Positions 8,368 to 17,900 of a stretch of DNA of 64,000 bases are shown piece after piece. This DNA is from Candidatus Omnitrophota bacterium (GTDB lineage: Bacteria > Omnitrophota > Gorgyraeia > 2-02-FULL-51-18): the NCBI GenBank assembly GCA_945877765.1, contig CAMDWQ010000005.1, forward strand, positions 604 to 64,603, given 5' to 3'. Position numbers and translations under genes: made by a program. The notes beneath the pieces were generated by a model. It did not search any database. It worked only from the letters and a program-made list of their open reading frames with translations, and was not told the origin of the DNA. Every line of letters begins with the position of its first letter. Position 1 is the first letter of the stretch.

Positions 8368-9324
8368 TTACTTAGATCTCTTTTTGACGAGGACTTTTTC
8401 CGCGGCTTTAACAAGGTTTTTGGACGTGAAACCATATTTCTCAAGAAGCTTTTCCGGCGGGCCAGACTCCGCGTAAGTGTCATTCATCCCGATAAACTCC
8501 ATCGGGACCGGACACTCCTGGGAAAGTGTCTGAGAAACAATGCTCCCCAAGCCTCCCCAGATAAGATGCTCTTCGGCCACCAGCACCGCACCGGTTTTCT
8601 TGGCCTGGCTGATCAAAAGTTCTTTATCGATAGGTTTGAGGGTGTGAATATCAATCACTGAAACCTCAATTCCTTTTGCTTTTAGCACTTCCGCCGCTTC
8701 CAGCGCCTCAAACACCAAGAGTCCCGTCGCTACGATGGTCAAATCCTTGCCTTCGCGTAGAAGGATTCCCTTGCCAATCTTAAATTCTGATTTTTCGTTA
8801 TAAATTACCGGTGCCTTGGGACGCCCGGTGCGCATATAAACCGGACCTTTGTAAGCAACAAGCTGCTTTACCAGCGAGCGTGTTTGAAATTCATCTGAGG
8901 GTGAGAGCACCACAAACCCCACCAGAGTTGCCGCCAAAGCCAAATCTTCCACCGACTGCTGAGAAGCACCGTCTTCGCCCACGCTGATTCCACTGTGCGA
9001 GGTGACAACTTTGACATTCACGCCCGGAAAAGCCACACCCACACGAAGCTGTTCATACCCTTTACACATCAAAAAGCAGGCAAAGGAACTAATGACTGGG
9101 ATTTTTCCGCAAATGGCAAGGCCTGTAGCCACACCCACCAAATTAGCTTCGGCGATTCCCACATCCACAAAGCGCTCCGGGAAAGCCTTGGCAAAAAAAT
9201 CCGTCTTGGTCGATTTCGACAGATCCGCATCCAGGACAATCAAATCCGGATTGGTCTGCCCGATCTCCACCAGCGTCTTGCCATACGCGTCACGTGTGGC
9301 CATTCCCATTGTTCGCACGAGCAT
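8368..9324 (-). CDS. transketolase, C-terminal (pyrimidine-binding) subunit
   Basis: 'GIAEANLVGVATGLA', 'HSGISVGEDGASQQ', transketolase C-terminal domain. Split-transketolase arrangement with the upstream gene. Confidence 0.85.
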   Translation of the reverse strand: MLVRTMGMATRDAYGKTLVEIGQTNPDLIVLDADLSKSTKTDFFAKAFPERFVDVGIAEANLVGVATGLAICGKIPVISSFACFLMCKGYEQLRVGVAFPGVNVKVVTSHSGISVGEDGASQQSVEDLALAATLVGFVVLSPSDEFQTRSLVKQLVAYKGPVYMRTGRPKAPVIYNEKSEFKIGKGILLREGKDLTIVATGLLVFEALEAAEVLKAKGIEVSVIDIHTLKPIDKELLISQAKKTGAVLVAEEHLIWGGLGSIVSQTLSQECPVPMEFIGMNDTYAESGPPEKLLEKYGFTSKNLVKAAEKVLVKKRSK

Positions 9325-10208
9325 TATTTGATCATTCCTAAAATTCTCTGAATTTCTTTTTCGTCCGTGCCCAACTCTTTAAGCGCCCGCCCGGTTTCAT
9401 CCTTGGTAGGCGCCACGCCGTGAAAATTATTATTGTTTTCCATAAAAGAGACGCCCTTACCCTTGACGGTATTAGCCAAGATAACCGCTGGCTGTTTGCG
9501 GGGGGACTTCGCCCAAGCCAGCGCCTCGATGATTTCCTGGTGGGAGTGACCGTCAATCGACTTGACCGCCCAACCAAACGCCTCCCATTTTTTATCCATG
9601 GGATCCATATTCAAAATGTCTTTGGTGGAAGATGTTAGCTGATACTTATTCATATCCATGATGAGCACGAGATTCGATAGTTGGCGAAAGGACGCAAACG
9701 CCGCCGCCTCCCAGGCCTGCCCTTCATTAAGCTCACCGTCGCTCATCACCACGTACGTCGTGTAATCTTTTTTGTCGAATCCCGCCGCGAGCGCACAGCC
9801 CGCCCCCACCGAAAGCCCCTGGCCCAGAGAGCCGGTAGACATTTCAATCCCCGGCAAGCGCCGCATATCCGGATGCCCCTGAAACGGGCTTTCCAATTGG
9901 CGGAAGGTCAAAATCCCCTCCCGTTCGAAATAACCGGCCAATGCCATCACGCTGTAAAGCGCCGGTGAGCCATGCCCCTTGGAAAAAATCAGACGATCGC
10001 GATCGGCCCATTTGGGATTTTTGGGATCATGACGCAGCGCGTGAAAATAAAGGTCGACCAAAATATCCGTCACCGAAAGCGACCCGCCCGGATGCCCGGA
10101 AGCGGCAATACCTGTCTGCTTAATGATGTCACGACGGACTTCTAGGGATAGATTGGTAAGTTTTTGAAAATCAACCGGCGACTTCACAGTGGAAGAAAAA
10201 TTTGTCAT
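9324..10208 (-). CDS. transketolase, N-terminal (TPP-binding) subunit
   Basis: 'GHPGGSLSVTDIL', 'VVMSDGELNEGQAWEA' TPP-binding motifs. Confidence 0.85.
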   Translation of the reverse strand: MTNFSSTVKSPVDFQKLTNLSLEVRRDIIKQTGIAASGHPGGSLSVTDILVDLYFHALRHDPKNPKWADRDRLIFSKGHGSPALYSVMALAGYFEREGILTFRQLESPFQGHPDMRRLPGIEMSTGSLGQGLSVGAGCALAAGFDKKDYTTYVVMSDGELNEGQAWEAAAFASFRQLSNLVLIMDMNKYQLTSSTKDILNMDPMDKKWEAFGWAVKSIDGHSHQEIIEALAWAKSPRKQPAVILANTVKGKGVSFMENNNNFHGVAPTKDETGRALKELGTDEKEIQRILGMIK

Positions 10209-10272
10209 AAGCCGTAAATTTTAGCGTTTCTTTTTGCAGGCGTCAAACGAATAAAATAGATACTTAATATCT

Positions 10273-10539
10273 TTAGGGGCGGTTTAAAATGTCGTGAGTT
10301 CCTATTTTCCTCAGGTAATAACCTTCCGGCCAGATCTCGAACGTAATACGATAGTTCATATTGACACTCATTTCCCAGATAAAATCAGTCCCGCGGATCC
10401 TTTTGACGCGCAGAGACGGATACGATGGATCTTCCATCAGCTTTCCCAAATTCTCGTACGCCGATTCACGAATAGCCGCCGGCAATTTGGAAAACGCCTT
10501 CTCATAAGGCCTTGAAAGAATGAACTTTTTATTTTTCAA
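10273..10539 (-). CDS. type II toxin, RelE/ParE superfamily
   Basis: 88 aa. 'PSLRVKRIRGTDFIWEMSVNMNYRITFEI' is typical of the RelE/StbE fold. Overlaps the upstream antitoxin gene by 11 nt. Confidence 0.55.
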   Translation of the reverse strand: MKNKKFILSRPYEKAFSKLPAAIRESAYENLGKLMEDPSYPSLRVKRIRGTDFIWEMSVNMNYRITFEIWPEGYYLRKIGTHDILNRP

Positions 10540-10801
10540 AATGCTTTTTCATTTCCTCGACACTTCCAAAAGAGACAAAATCCTTATTTTTTTTGGCTCG
10601 ATCGGCTTCTTTCTCCGCCGCCTGCCACTCCTGGGACCAAAACCAGGATTGATTGTCGTCGACAACCACTTTCGGCTTTAAAATGACCTGTTTTTTATCC
10701 ATCACGAAATCCACAAGACTCCCCACCTTGATGTGGAGCGCGCGGCGAATCCCGGACGGAATCGTGATCTGATAGTTGCGCGTAACTTTGCTCAGTGACA
10801 T
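10529..10801 (-). CDS. AbrB/MazE-type (SpoVT-AbrB) antitoxin
   Basis: 'TRNYQITIPSGIRRAL' swapped-hairpin DNA-binding motif, 90 aa. Confidence 0.55.
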   Translation of the reverse strand: MSLSKVTRNYQITIPSGIRRALHIKVGSLVDFVMDKKQVILKPKVVVDDNQSWFWSQEWQAAEKEADRAKKNKDFVSFGSVEEMKKHFEK

Positions 10802-10869
10802 AAAATGCCCTCCGTTTAGGAGTTTACTATATTACTAGTTATTGTCAAGAGGGCACTCGCTCCGCCCAC

Positions 10870-10950
10870 GTCATTCCCGAGAGTTTTAATCGGGAATCAA
10901 ACCAGGGTATGATCCCCGATAAATAATCTCGGGGATGACACTGGGATGAC
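10870..10950. repeat. MITE family A copy (both hairpin halves)
   Basis: 'gtcattcccgagagttttaatcgggaatcaaacc' + 'gggtatgatccccgataaataatctcggggatgacactgggatgac'. Confidence 0.55.
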
Positions 10951-10952
10951 AA

Positions 10953-11618
10953 TTAGCGGACTTCCGAAACCCCCGTCCTAAAACGAAGAAAATTATCCAA
11001 CGAGTCACAAATAAGATAAGGATTGGTCTTTTTCTGCTCCCCCATCGACACCATCGTCTTGTCCGCATAATTATGGCCGGGACAAAGAATCGTCGAGTCA
11101 TCCAGCTTCATGAGTTTTTGGGTCAATGAATAATAGAGCTCTTTGGGACTTCCGCCAGGCAGGTCGGTACGGCCGCAAGCATTGATAAAAAGGGTGTCTC
11201 CTGAGACCAAGTGGCCGCGGCATAAAAAACATTGGGAACCGGGCGTGTGGCCGGGTGTGTGGAGGCATTCGATCTCGACATCGCCAAGCTTTAGTTTGTG
11301 CCCGCTCTCCACCGGCTTGATATTGTCGTGGCTAAAATCAAGGTAGCTGATATCCGCTTTATTCACATACACGGGGCAGTCAACCGATTGCAGAAGCTCT
11401 TCGATTCCGTTGGTGTGATCAAAATGATAGTGGCTGACAAGAGCGCCTTTGATCTTTAGATCCTCTTCCTTGGCGACACGCAGCACCGTATCCACCTGCC
11501 AGGCGGGGTCCACAACAAATACCTCTCGCGTGATTTTGGAGCCAACCAGATACACAAAATTCTCCATCGGGCCGATTTCCATCTGCTTGAGGTATAAGTC
11601 AGAATTAGGCGGGGTCAC
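10953..11618 (-). CDS. MBL-fold metallo-hydrolase (glyoxalase II-like)
   Basis: 'ALVSHYHFDHTNG' HxHxDH motif, 221 aa. Confidence 0.75.
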   Translation of the reverse strand: MTPPNSDLYLKQMEIGPMENFVYLVGSKITREVFVVDPAWQVDTVLRVAKEEDLKIKGALVSHYHFDHTNGIEELLQSVDCPVYVNKADISYLDFSHDNIKPVESGHKLKLGDVEIECLHTPGHTPGSQCFLCRGHLVSGDTLFINACGRTDLPGGSPKELYYSLTQKLMKLDDSTILCPGHNYADKTMVSMGEQKKTNPYLICDSLDNFLRFRTGVSEVR

Positions 11619-12048
11619 ACTTCACCAAGTCAATTTTAAGCTTTTTAGCAATTTCAAAAATACGTTTATCGCGGTAAAACTCTCCGAAACAGATCCGCTT
11701 GATGCCCGCATTGGCGATCAATTTAAAACAATTCCAGCAGGGGCTTGCCGTTGTATACATCGTGCTGTTGTCAATGCAGACACCGTTTTTGGCGGCTTGC
11801 AAGATCGCGTTGGCTTCGGCGTGAATGGTCGCGACGCAGTGGCCGTTTTCCATCATGTGACCAGCTTCAAAACAATGCTCCAGCTTGCGGATCGAGCCGT
11901 TGTAGCCGGTAGAAAGGATGGTCTTCTCACGCACAATCACCGCCCCGACAAATTTGCGGTCACACGTCGAGCGGCTAGCGACCACTTTGCCGATATTCAT
12001 GAAGTATTCGTCCCAACCGGCACGCTTGGGATGTATTAGTTTTTTCAT
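11605..12048 (-). CDS. dCMP/cytidine deaminase (ComEB-like)
   Basis: 'HAEANAI' and 'PCWNC' zinc-binding motifs. The 'WDEYFMNIGKVVASRSTC' N-terminus is typical of dCMP deaminase. Confidence 0.75.
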   Translation of the reverse strand: MKKLIHPKRAGWDEYFMNIGKVVASRSTCDRKFVGAVIVREKTILSTGYNGSIRKLEHCFEAGHMMENGHCVATIHAEANAILQAAKNGVCIDNSTMYTTASPCWNCFKLIANAGIKRICFGEFYRDKRIFEIAKKLKIDLVKCDPA

Positions 12049-12266
12049 TACGAGGCCCAGGCCATTCTTAACTTACGATGATGGCTAGCGCAGTCTCGCA
12101 GGTATAGGTTAATCAGGTTTTGGTAAGGCAACCGCGCTTCACCGGCCAAGGCTTTAAAGTAAGCCACAGTATCCTGATCAAGCCTAATCGTAATCGGTGT
12201 CTTTAAGGATTTGACATAAGGATTCTTACGTCCCTTCATTTTAGAGAATTCGTAATGCGCTCTCAT
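12048..12266 (-). CDS. BrnA antitoxin
   Basis: 72 aa. 'KTPITIRLDQDTVAYFKALAGEARLPYQNLINLYL' is the BrnA signature. Confidence 0.6.
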   Translation of the reverse strand: MRAHYEFSKMKGRKNPYVKSLKTPITIRLDQDTVAYFKALAGEARLPYQNLINLYLRDCASHHRKLRMAWAS

Positions 12267-12553
12267 CTTATCATCCCCCAGTAATCTTTTTCTTCACGGC
12301 TATTGGCTTTTCTTGCTGAAATAATCCGGATACTCTTACCTCGACGATGACAGTGGCAAACCACTAATACTCGTAACTGACCACTGATGCCAAGCATGAT
12401 AAATCGATCCTCATCCCTTGAGTGATCCGGATCAAAGAACTCAATACCGCGATCATCATAAAAAACAGTCTCGGCTTCCTCAAATGAAACGCCATGCTTC
12501 TGCTTATTTTCTATGCTTTTCTTTATATCCCATTCAAAGGAAAATCCACCCAT
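12263..12553 (-). CDS. BrnT toxin (DUF497)
   Basis: 96 aa. 'FEWDIKKSIENKQKHGVSFEEAETVF' matches the BrnT family. Overlaps brnA by 4 nt. Confidence 0.6.
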   Translation of the reverse strand: MGGFSFEWDIKKSIENKQKHGVSFEEAETVFYDDRGIEFFDPDHSRDEDRFIMLGISGQLRVLVVCHCHRRGKSIRIISARKANSREEKDYWGMIR

Positions 12554-12584
12554 ATTTATAGTGTATGTACAAAATATGTACTTG

Positions 12585-13892
12585 TCAAGTGGCGTTTTTA
12601 AGCGCTGGTAATTGCGGATTGAAATATCCCATCAAAAGACAGGGAAATTCCTTTTCGAGGTTGTGAATCACATGGCTCATCCCCAACAGCTCAACATTTT
12701 TCCCCAAAAGTCCCAAATCCCGAAAATAATGCAACGGGTCATAATTGAGATTTCTCCACTGAATCATGTCAATTTTGTGCTCGGCGATAAATTTTTTAAG
12801 CGCCTGGAATTCCTCTACCGAATCCGTAAACCCCGGCATCGACAAATAATTAAGCGAGACAAATCCTCCCCGCTTTTTGGCCGCCTTAATCGATTCGATC
12901 ACGGTAGCCAGCGAATAACCTTTCGGCTGATAATAAAGCGAGTAATACGGCTCGCGGACGCTATTTAAACTCACGCGAATGCTGTTCAACCCCGCGTCAA
13001 AGAGTTTTCCCACCGTCTGCGGACGACTGGCGTTAGAATTGATATTGATCGAGCCCTTGGAAGTTTTCTGCCGCACCAGCTGGATTGCTTTTTCAATCAC
13101 ATCCCCCGAAAGCGTTGGTTCTCCTTCGCAGCCCTGTCCAAAACTGACAATAGGGTCCTCCACCTTTTCGATATGAAAAAGCGAAAGCTCCGCGATCTCC
13201 TGGGCCGTCGGCACAAATGCAATCCGCTTCTGCGTCGACGGAAAATCACGTCCATCCGGCTGTAATGAAATACACCCCTGACACTGCGCGTTGCACACCG
13301 GAGAAGTGGGGATCGGCGCCTCGAAGCGTCCCAGGAAGAAATTTTTGGCATTCGCGCAGGCATTGACTGTCGCACAATTGGCCAGATGCGGCACGAGTCT
13401 ATTTTTCGGAAAAAGGTCGGTATAATTTTTTATATTTTTTTCGATGAGACCACTATCCATGAAGCGCTCATCATGGCGAAAATCACGGTCCACTTGGATC
13501 GCCGCCGCGTAGAACGCATTTTTATAATAAACGCACGCCGCATAGGAGAAAAGGGGCAGCATCGGCACACCGCTCTCTTCCTCAAATGCCGCGCTGTGCG
13601 TGATCGAATGCCCCGGCGGAATAAACGCTGCCACCGCAAAACATTTTTTCTTCTCTTTCGAATAGGGATCCGACAAAAGCGGCCCCGGCACGCCGGTTTC
13701 GGGATCAAATCCTATCGGCACGCGCCCCGGCAGCATAAAAAGCTCGCTAAAATCCGGTAATTTTACAAATTCGGCAGGATCCAAATGAAAGAAACGGCCC
13801 GCTTTCATGCCAGCCGCTTCCAAGCCTTCAAAGGGATACACTTTCCCCGCTTCATCCGCAAATAAAAGCTGAGGGAAATCTTTTTTCTTCAA
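12585..13892 (-). CDS. radical SAM domain protein
   Basis: 'CNAQCQGC' CX3CX2C cluster motif, 435 aa. Function unknown. Confidence 0.55.
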   Translation of the reverse strand: MKKKDFPQLLFADEAGKVYPFEGLEAAGMKAGRFFHLDPAEFVKLPDFSELFMLPGRVPIGFDPETGVPGPLLSDPYSKEKKKCFAVAAFIPPGHSITHSAAFEEESGVPMLPLFSYAACVYYKNAFYAAAIQVDRDFRHDERFMDSGLIEKNIKNYTDLFPKNRLVPHLANCATVNACANAKNFFLGRFEAPIPTSPVCNAQCQGCISLQPDGRDFPSTQKRIAFVPTAQEIAELSLFHIEKVEDPIVSFGQGCEGEPTLSGDVIEKAIQLVRQKTSKGSININSNASRPQTVGKLFDAGLNSIRVSLNSVREPYYSLYYQPKGYSLATVIESIKAAKKRGGFVSLNYLSMPGFTDSVEEFQALKKFIAEHKIDMIQWRNLNYDPLHYFRDLGLLGKNVELLGMSHVIHNLEKEFPCLLMGYFNPQLPALKNAT

Positions 13893-14143
13893 GAAACCTC
13901 GGGGGTGTATTGAAAACGCGGCATTTTTTTCCCATCAACGGTGACTGATTCAATAAACATTTTTTTAGGCCTTACCCAAAGAGCCCCCAGACGGTTGGCG
14001 TAAAGCGCTTTGTAGACAACCATCTCTTCCAAAGTCTCGCTGTGACGCGCAATCCCGAGAACCTCATAATTTTTTCCTTTGTAGTGACGGTATTTTCCGG
14101 GAGGTAGCAAAGGATCAGGGTGAAGCAAGTTTAAACGTGTCAA
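13889..14143 (-). CDS. DUF1653 domain protein
   Basis: 'YRHYKGKNYEVLGIARHSETLEEMVVYKALY...WVRP' family signature. Confidence 0.55.
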   Translation of the reverse strand: MTRLNLLHPDPLLPPGKYRHYKGKNYEVLGIARHSETLEEMVVYKALYANRLGALWVRPKKMFIESVTVDGKKMPRFQYTPEVS

Positions 14144-14910
14144 TCCAAAAACCCCCCGGTGGACTGCAAGGGTTGGTCGTTTTCCGATTTTGAAATCCAG
14201 ACGGCGATCGCATGACGCGGCGCCTTCGCCAGACCTTGGGAGTTAAACTGTATCGAGGTTTTTAGCACACCTTCGCGATACTGCATTTTTTTATGCTCCA
14301 ATGAAAGCGCCGTAAAATCATGCGGCAATATCTTGCCTTGGTTTTCACCGCCGCCGACGCGAGTCAGCATCCCGCACCCCAAATAAGCCGCATGGACGGA
14401 AATATTGTCGATGACGACCCCGTTGTGAGGAAGAAAAGAGACTTCAAATTCCATCGGCCCTTTTTGCTCCACCCGAAGGACACCGACATCTTTTTTTCCC
14501 TTAATGCTTAGCGTTGGCGAGCGATACCATTCTCTGGATTCTTTGCCATTCTCAACCATCATGGGCGTGTAAACGGACGACGTTTTCCATACCGCGGAAT
14601 ACTCTCTCTGGCGGCGAGTGTATTCCGCTGAAGAAAGAGCATCTTTCCACCCCAAGTAGTCCCAATAGTCGACATGAAACGCCACCGGCACAAACGCTTT
14701 CCAAAGATAAGGCGAATTTTTAAGCCCCGTCATCCACGCATCCGCCGGCGGACAACTCGAGCAGCCTTCGGAGGTAAAAAGCTCAATCAACACCGTCTGG
14801 TCCGGACCGCTTTGAAATGTCGCCATTCCCGCACCCGTGCTACTCACTGCACCGGCAGATAGGACTCCGGCAAATAATAAAAAAATGGTAAGGCTTAGAT
14901 TTCGACGCAT
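14140..14910 (-). CDS. DUF1223 secreted thioredoxin-like protein
   Basis: Signal peptide. 'ELFTSEGCSSCPPAD' and 'AFHVDYWDYLGWKD' signatures. Confidence 0.6.
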   Translation of the reverse strand: MRRNLSLTIFLLFAGVLSAGAVSSTGAGMATFQSGPDQTVLIELFTSEGCSSCPPADAWMTGLKNSPYLWKAFVPVAFHVDYWDYLGWKDALSSAEYTRRQREYSAVWKTSSVYTPMMVENGKESREWYRSPTLSIKGKKDVGVLRVEQKGPMEFEVSFLPHNGVVIDNISVHAAYLGCGMLTRVGGGENQGKILPHDFTALSLEHKKMQYREGVLKTSIQFNSQGLAKAPRHAIAVWISKSENDQPLQSTGGFLD

Positions 14911-14966
14911 GAGGTCATTCTAACATGGGCAGCGCCGCCAAGTCATGATCGGCAGCGATTTCCTGT

Positions 14967-17900
14967 TTAAGCCGACCAGTCAGTTTGCAAAGACAGACGA
15001 ATCGCCGACGCCATATCGTTTACCAACGCCGTGATAGGCGGCAGGAGAATCCATAGAAGACTCTCCCCTTCAATGATTTCCTGAGTCTGGATAGCGTAGA
15101 ATTTTGCCGAATCAATTTTGGGCTTTCCAAGTCTTAGGCTATTTAAAAAATTAATCAGCCCGCTCTCCCCGATAGCTTGAATCATCTGCTCTTTGCCCTG
15201 TCCGGCATGCGCTGACCACAGCCCCGCCAAAGTTTCCGCTTCTAAAAAAGCGATTCCCGTGTTGGGCAAGCCTTCGACGAGAAGTGCCACCACCGAATCA
15301 CTCTTTAGTTTTTCAATCTTGTCCCCTGCTTGGCTTAAGACAATCCGCGAGACAACCGCGCCCTCGGGTCTTTGGGTCAACACTTGACCCATTCTTGCTT
15401 TTGACTGAATCCTAGCAAGCCTTCTCTGCGCCGTTAACCCCATCTTGCCGGGAAGCTGGTCAATATTGAGAAGAATGTACTGGTTACCGCGAGAGCGCGC
15501 CACGCGGTCAAATATGGCCTTCAGCAGCACTTTCTTAGCCTTCAAATCAAGCACCGAGCCAAATCGAGGATCCACCAGCTGTGCCAAATCAATCTCAACA
15601 AAACCGAACCCCGTCCCGATCGCCCCAGGTACCTGCTCGTTCCACATTTTTTGCATGCGCTCAATCAGAAATCCCTGCCCCCGCCGAGCGCTTTGGCGGC
15701 CTTGGTCTTTTTTGAGAGTTTCCTTTATCATCCGCATTTCCTCGGGACTAATCCTAAAAAGAATCTTAGCTCCCACTCTGACTTGCAGCCCTTGAGCACT
15801 TTTGCGTAGATTGAAAATGGGAATTACTCCGCTTTCCTGCTGGACAGCCAAGCGCCCCCACATAGATTTCTTTCCATGCATAGGCATAGGCAGAGACATC
15901 TCTGTAAAAAAAGTTTTGAGGTCTTGGAGCGTTTGGGAATTGGTGGGGAGGGAATCCTCCATCTCGATTTTTTTATTTTCTGCCAGCCGCGCCGCCTGAT
16001 CCGCTCCGTCATTCTGAGGCGCTGCAGGCGATGAAGAATCCAAGCGATGAGATTCGTTGGCATCAGCCAATTTTTCCACTCGAGAAGCATACCTTGAGAT
16101 GTGCTGTCCTGGTTGTACGCCATATTGATCTTCTAGCGCATCTTTCAAAAGATCTTCTGCGATTTTTAAAATCTCGCCCTCATCGACATTTCCCCAAATA
16201 CGCTTGGAAATCAACTCGATTTCTTCACCAGAATGAAATGCCCCCGAAAGTGTATTCGCTTTAGTGGCATCATATTTCAAACGCTCTGAATGCATTCCAG
16301 TTGCCGGTCCTGCGTGGCGTAAGAATAATTGAATGCCACACTTTTGAAGGATAATTTTCGCCACGTAAGCAATATTTTGCGATGGCGCCATATGAATACC
16401 TTGGGAGTGCTTTATTTTCATGGTAATAATTTTTTCATTACCCTCGGATGCCGCCAACCGTGCGGCCGTCATTCCCCCCTGACCAAGCAAGTTCAAAGCT
16501 TTTGTGTATCGCACCAGCTGAGCTACGACTTGACTATTTTTATATTCAATGATGTTGCGCGAATGGGCCCATTTGTAATCCTGAAGCATTCCCGCCTCTG
16601 AGTTGAAAAAATAGGATTTTCTGCGATCTAAAAATAACTGCCAGGCGGAGATTTTTTCTGGCGGCTCAAATCCTTTTAACCGCTGGTTGAGGCTTTCCTC
16701 ATACCCGCCTTTGCCGGCGCGATAAAAAGTGATTTTCTGCCCCAATAAGGGGTAATCCTTACTATCTTTTAATACATCTGCAATAATGGGACGAGAGAGA
16801 CGTTGAATAAAATCCTCGTTGTATTTAAAAAAGGAGGTGTATTGCTGATGGAGATCATTCGGCATGCCAGAGATTGCGGGGTAAACGAAATTCTCATAAC
16901 TAATACCGCCATTAAAAAATGGGATTAACTGAGACCACACGCGGAATAAGCTCATCTGGACCGCAGATATCACCGTGTCCAGCTCATCGGTGATTTTCGA
17001 ATCTAGATCATCTCTAGGAATTGTGCTCAATGATTCATATTGTTTTTTTAAAAACAGCATGTTGGCGTGCATGATAATAAGGTCATGATGCGAATCACTG
17101 CTGAAACTATTAAAATGCACGCCCTGTAAAAAATGATAGAGCGCAATCATTTTGACCGCCTGCAAACGGCGCCTAAATAAAGGCGGATCCGTCGCATCTG
17201 ACTGCATGATTTCAGGCGAAAATAAATTTGGAAGCTGTAAAGACATCTTAATAAATCCTTCGTTCGCCAAAGGATCTTGAACGTTTTTCAAATCTCCCCC
17301 CAAGATCAAAAAACGTTTAAGCACCAGTCCAAAGAGAGATTCAAAATCCAATTTAAGCTTCGCATTAGAACCGTTGTTGTAAACTTCTATGGCCTCTTCC
17401 ATCACAACAACCTCGTGCTCAGAAAGAGGCTCGCTCATGGATTTTACGATGTACGCCATGGCAACCGCCTCCAGAGACTCAAGCGCGGTCCTTGCGCTCC
17501 AATCGCCTTGGTCCAAGATTACCGTCCCCTGATTACGCAACCTGTCCAGCGCCGAAGAGACCTGAGATGGAAAATTTTTATATTCGGAACCATCAAACAG
17601 TCGGTTGACAGCAAAAACCACCTCGCTGTACCCTCGAGCCGCATCGTGTGGTGACCCAACAGCGGCTGTTTGCCAACTCTGTATCAGGGAAAGCAAAGAA
17701 GACCTGCTTATCTGGGGATCATGGCCCGCCAACCGCGCCGCCGCAGCCGTGGAACCGGTGTCAGTCCTTGACATTTGACTTTCTGGGCTTTCCACCAACC
17801 CTTCGGCCCGCCTCAGGGCAAGCCGCGCACCAGAGCGGTGCTTATTTTCCAGTTGAATCAAGTGATTGAGCACTTCTGCCGTACTCGAGGCATCTCCCTG

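Noticed and set aside
7997-8483. ORFs 7997..8209 (+) and 8250..8483 (-)
   Set aside because: They overlap tRNA-Arg, the tRNA fragment and tRNA-Pro. They are translations of tRNA genes, not CDS.
8368-10208. Split transketolase as something unusual
   Set aside because: Two-subunit (N/C) transketolases are common in many bacterial and archaeal lineages. This is ordinary.
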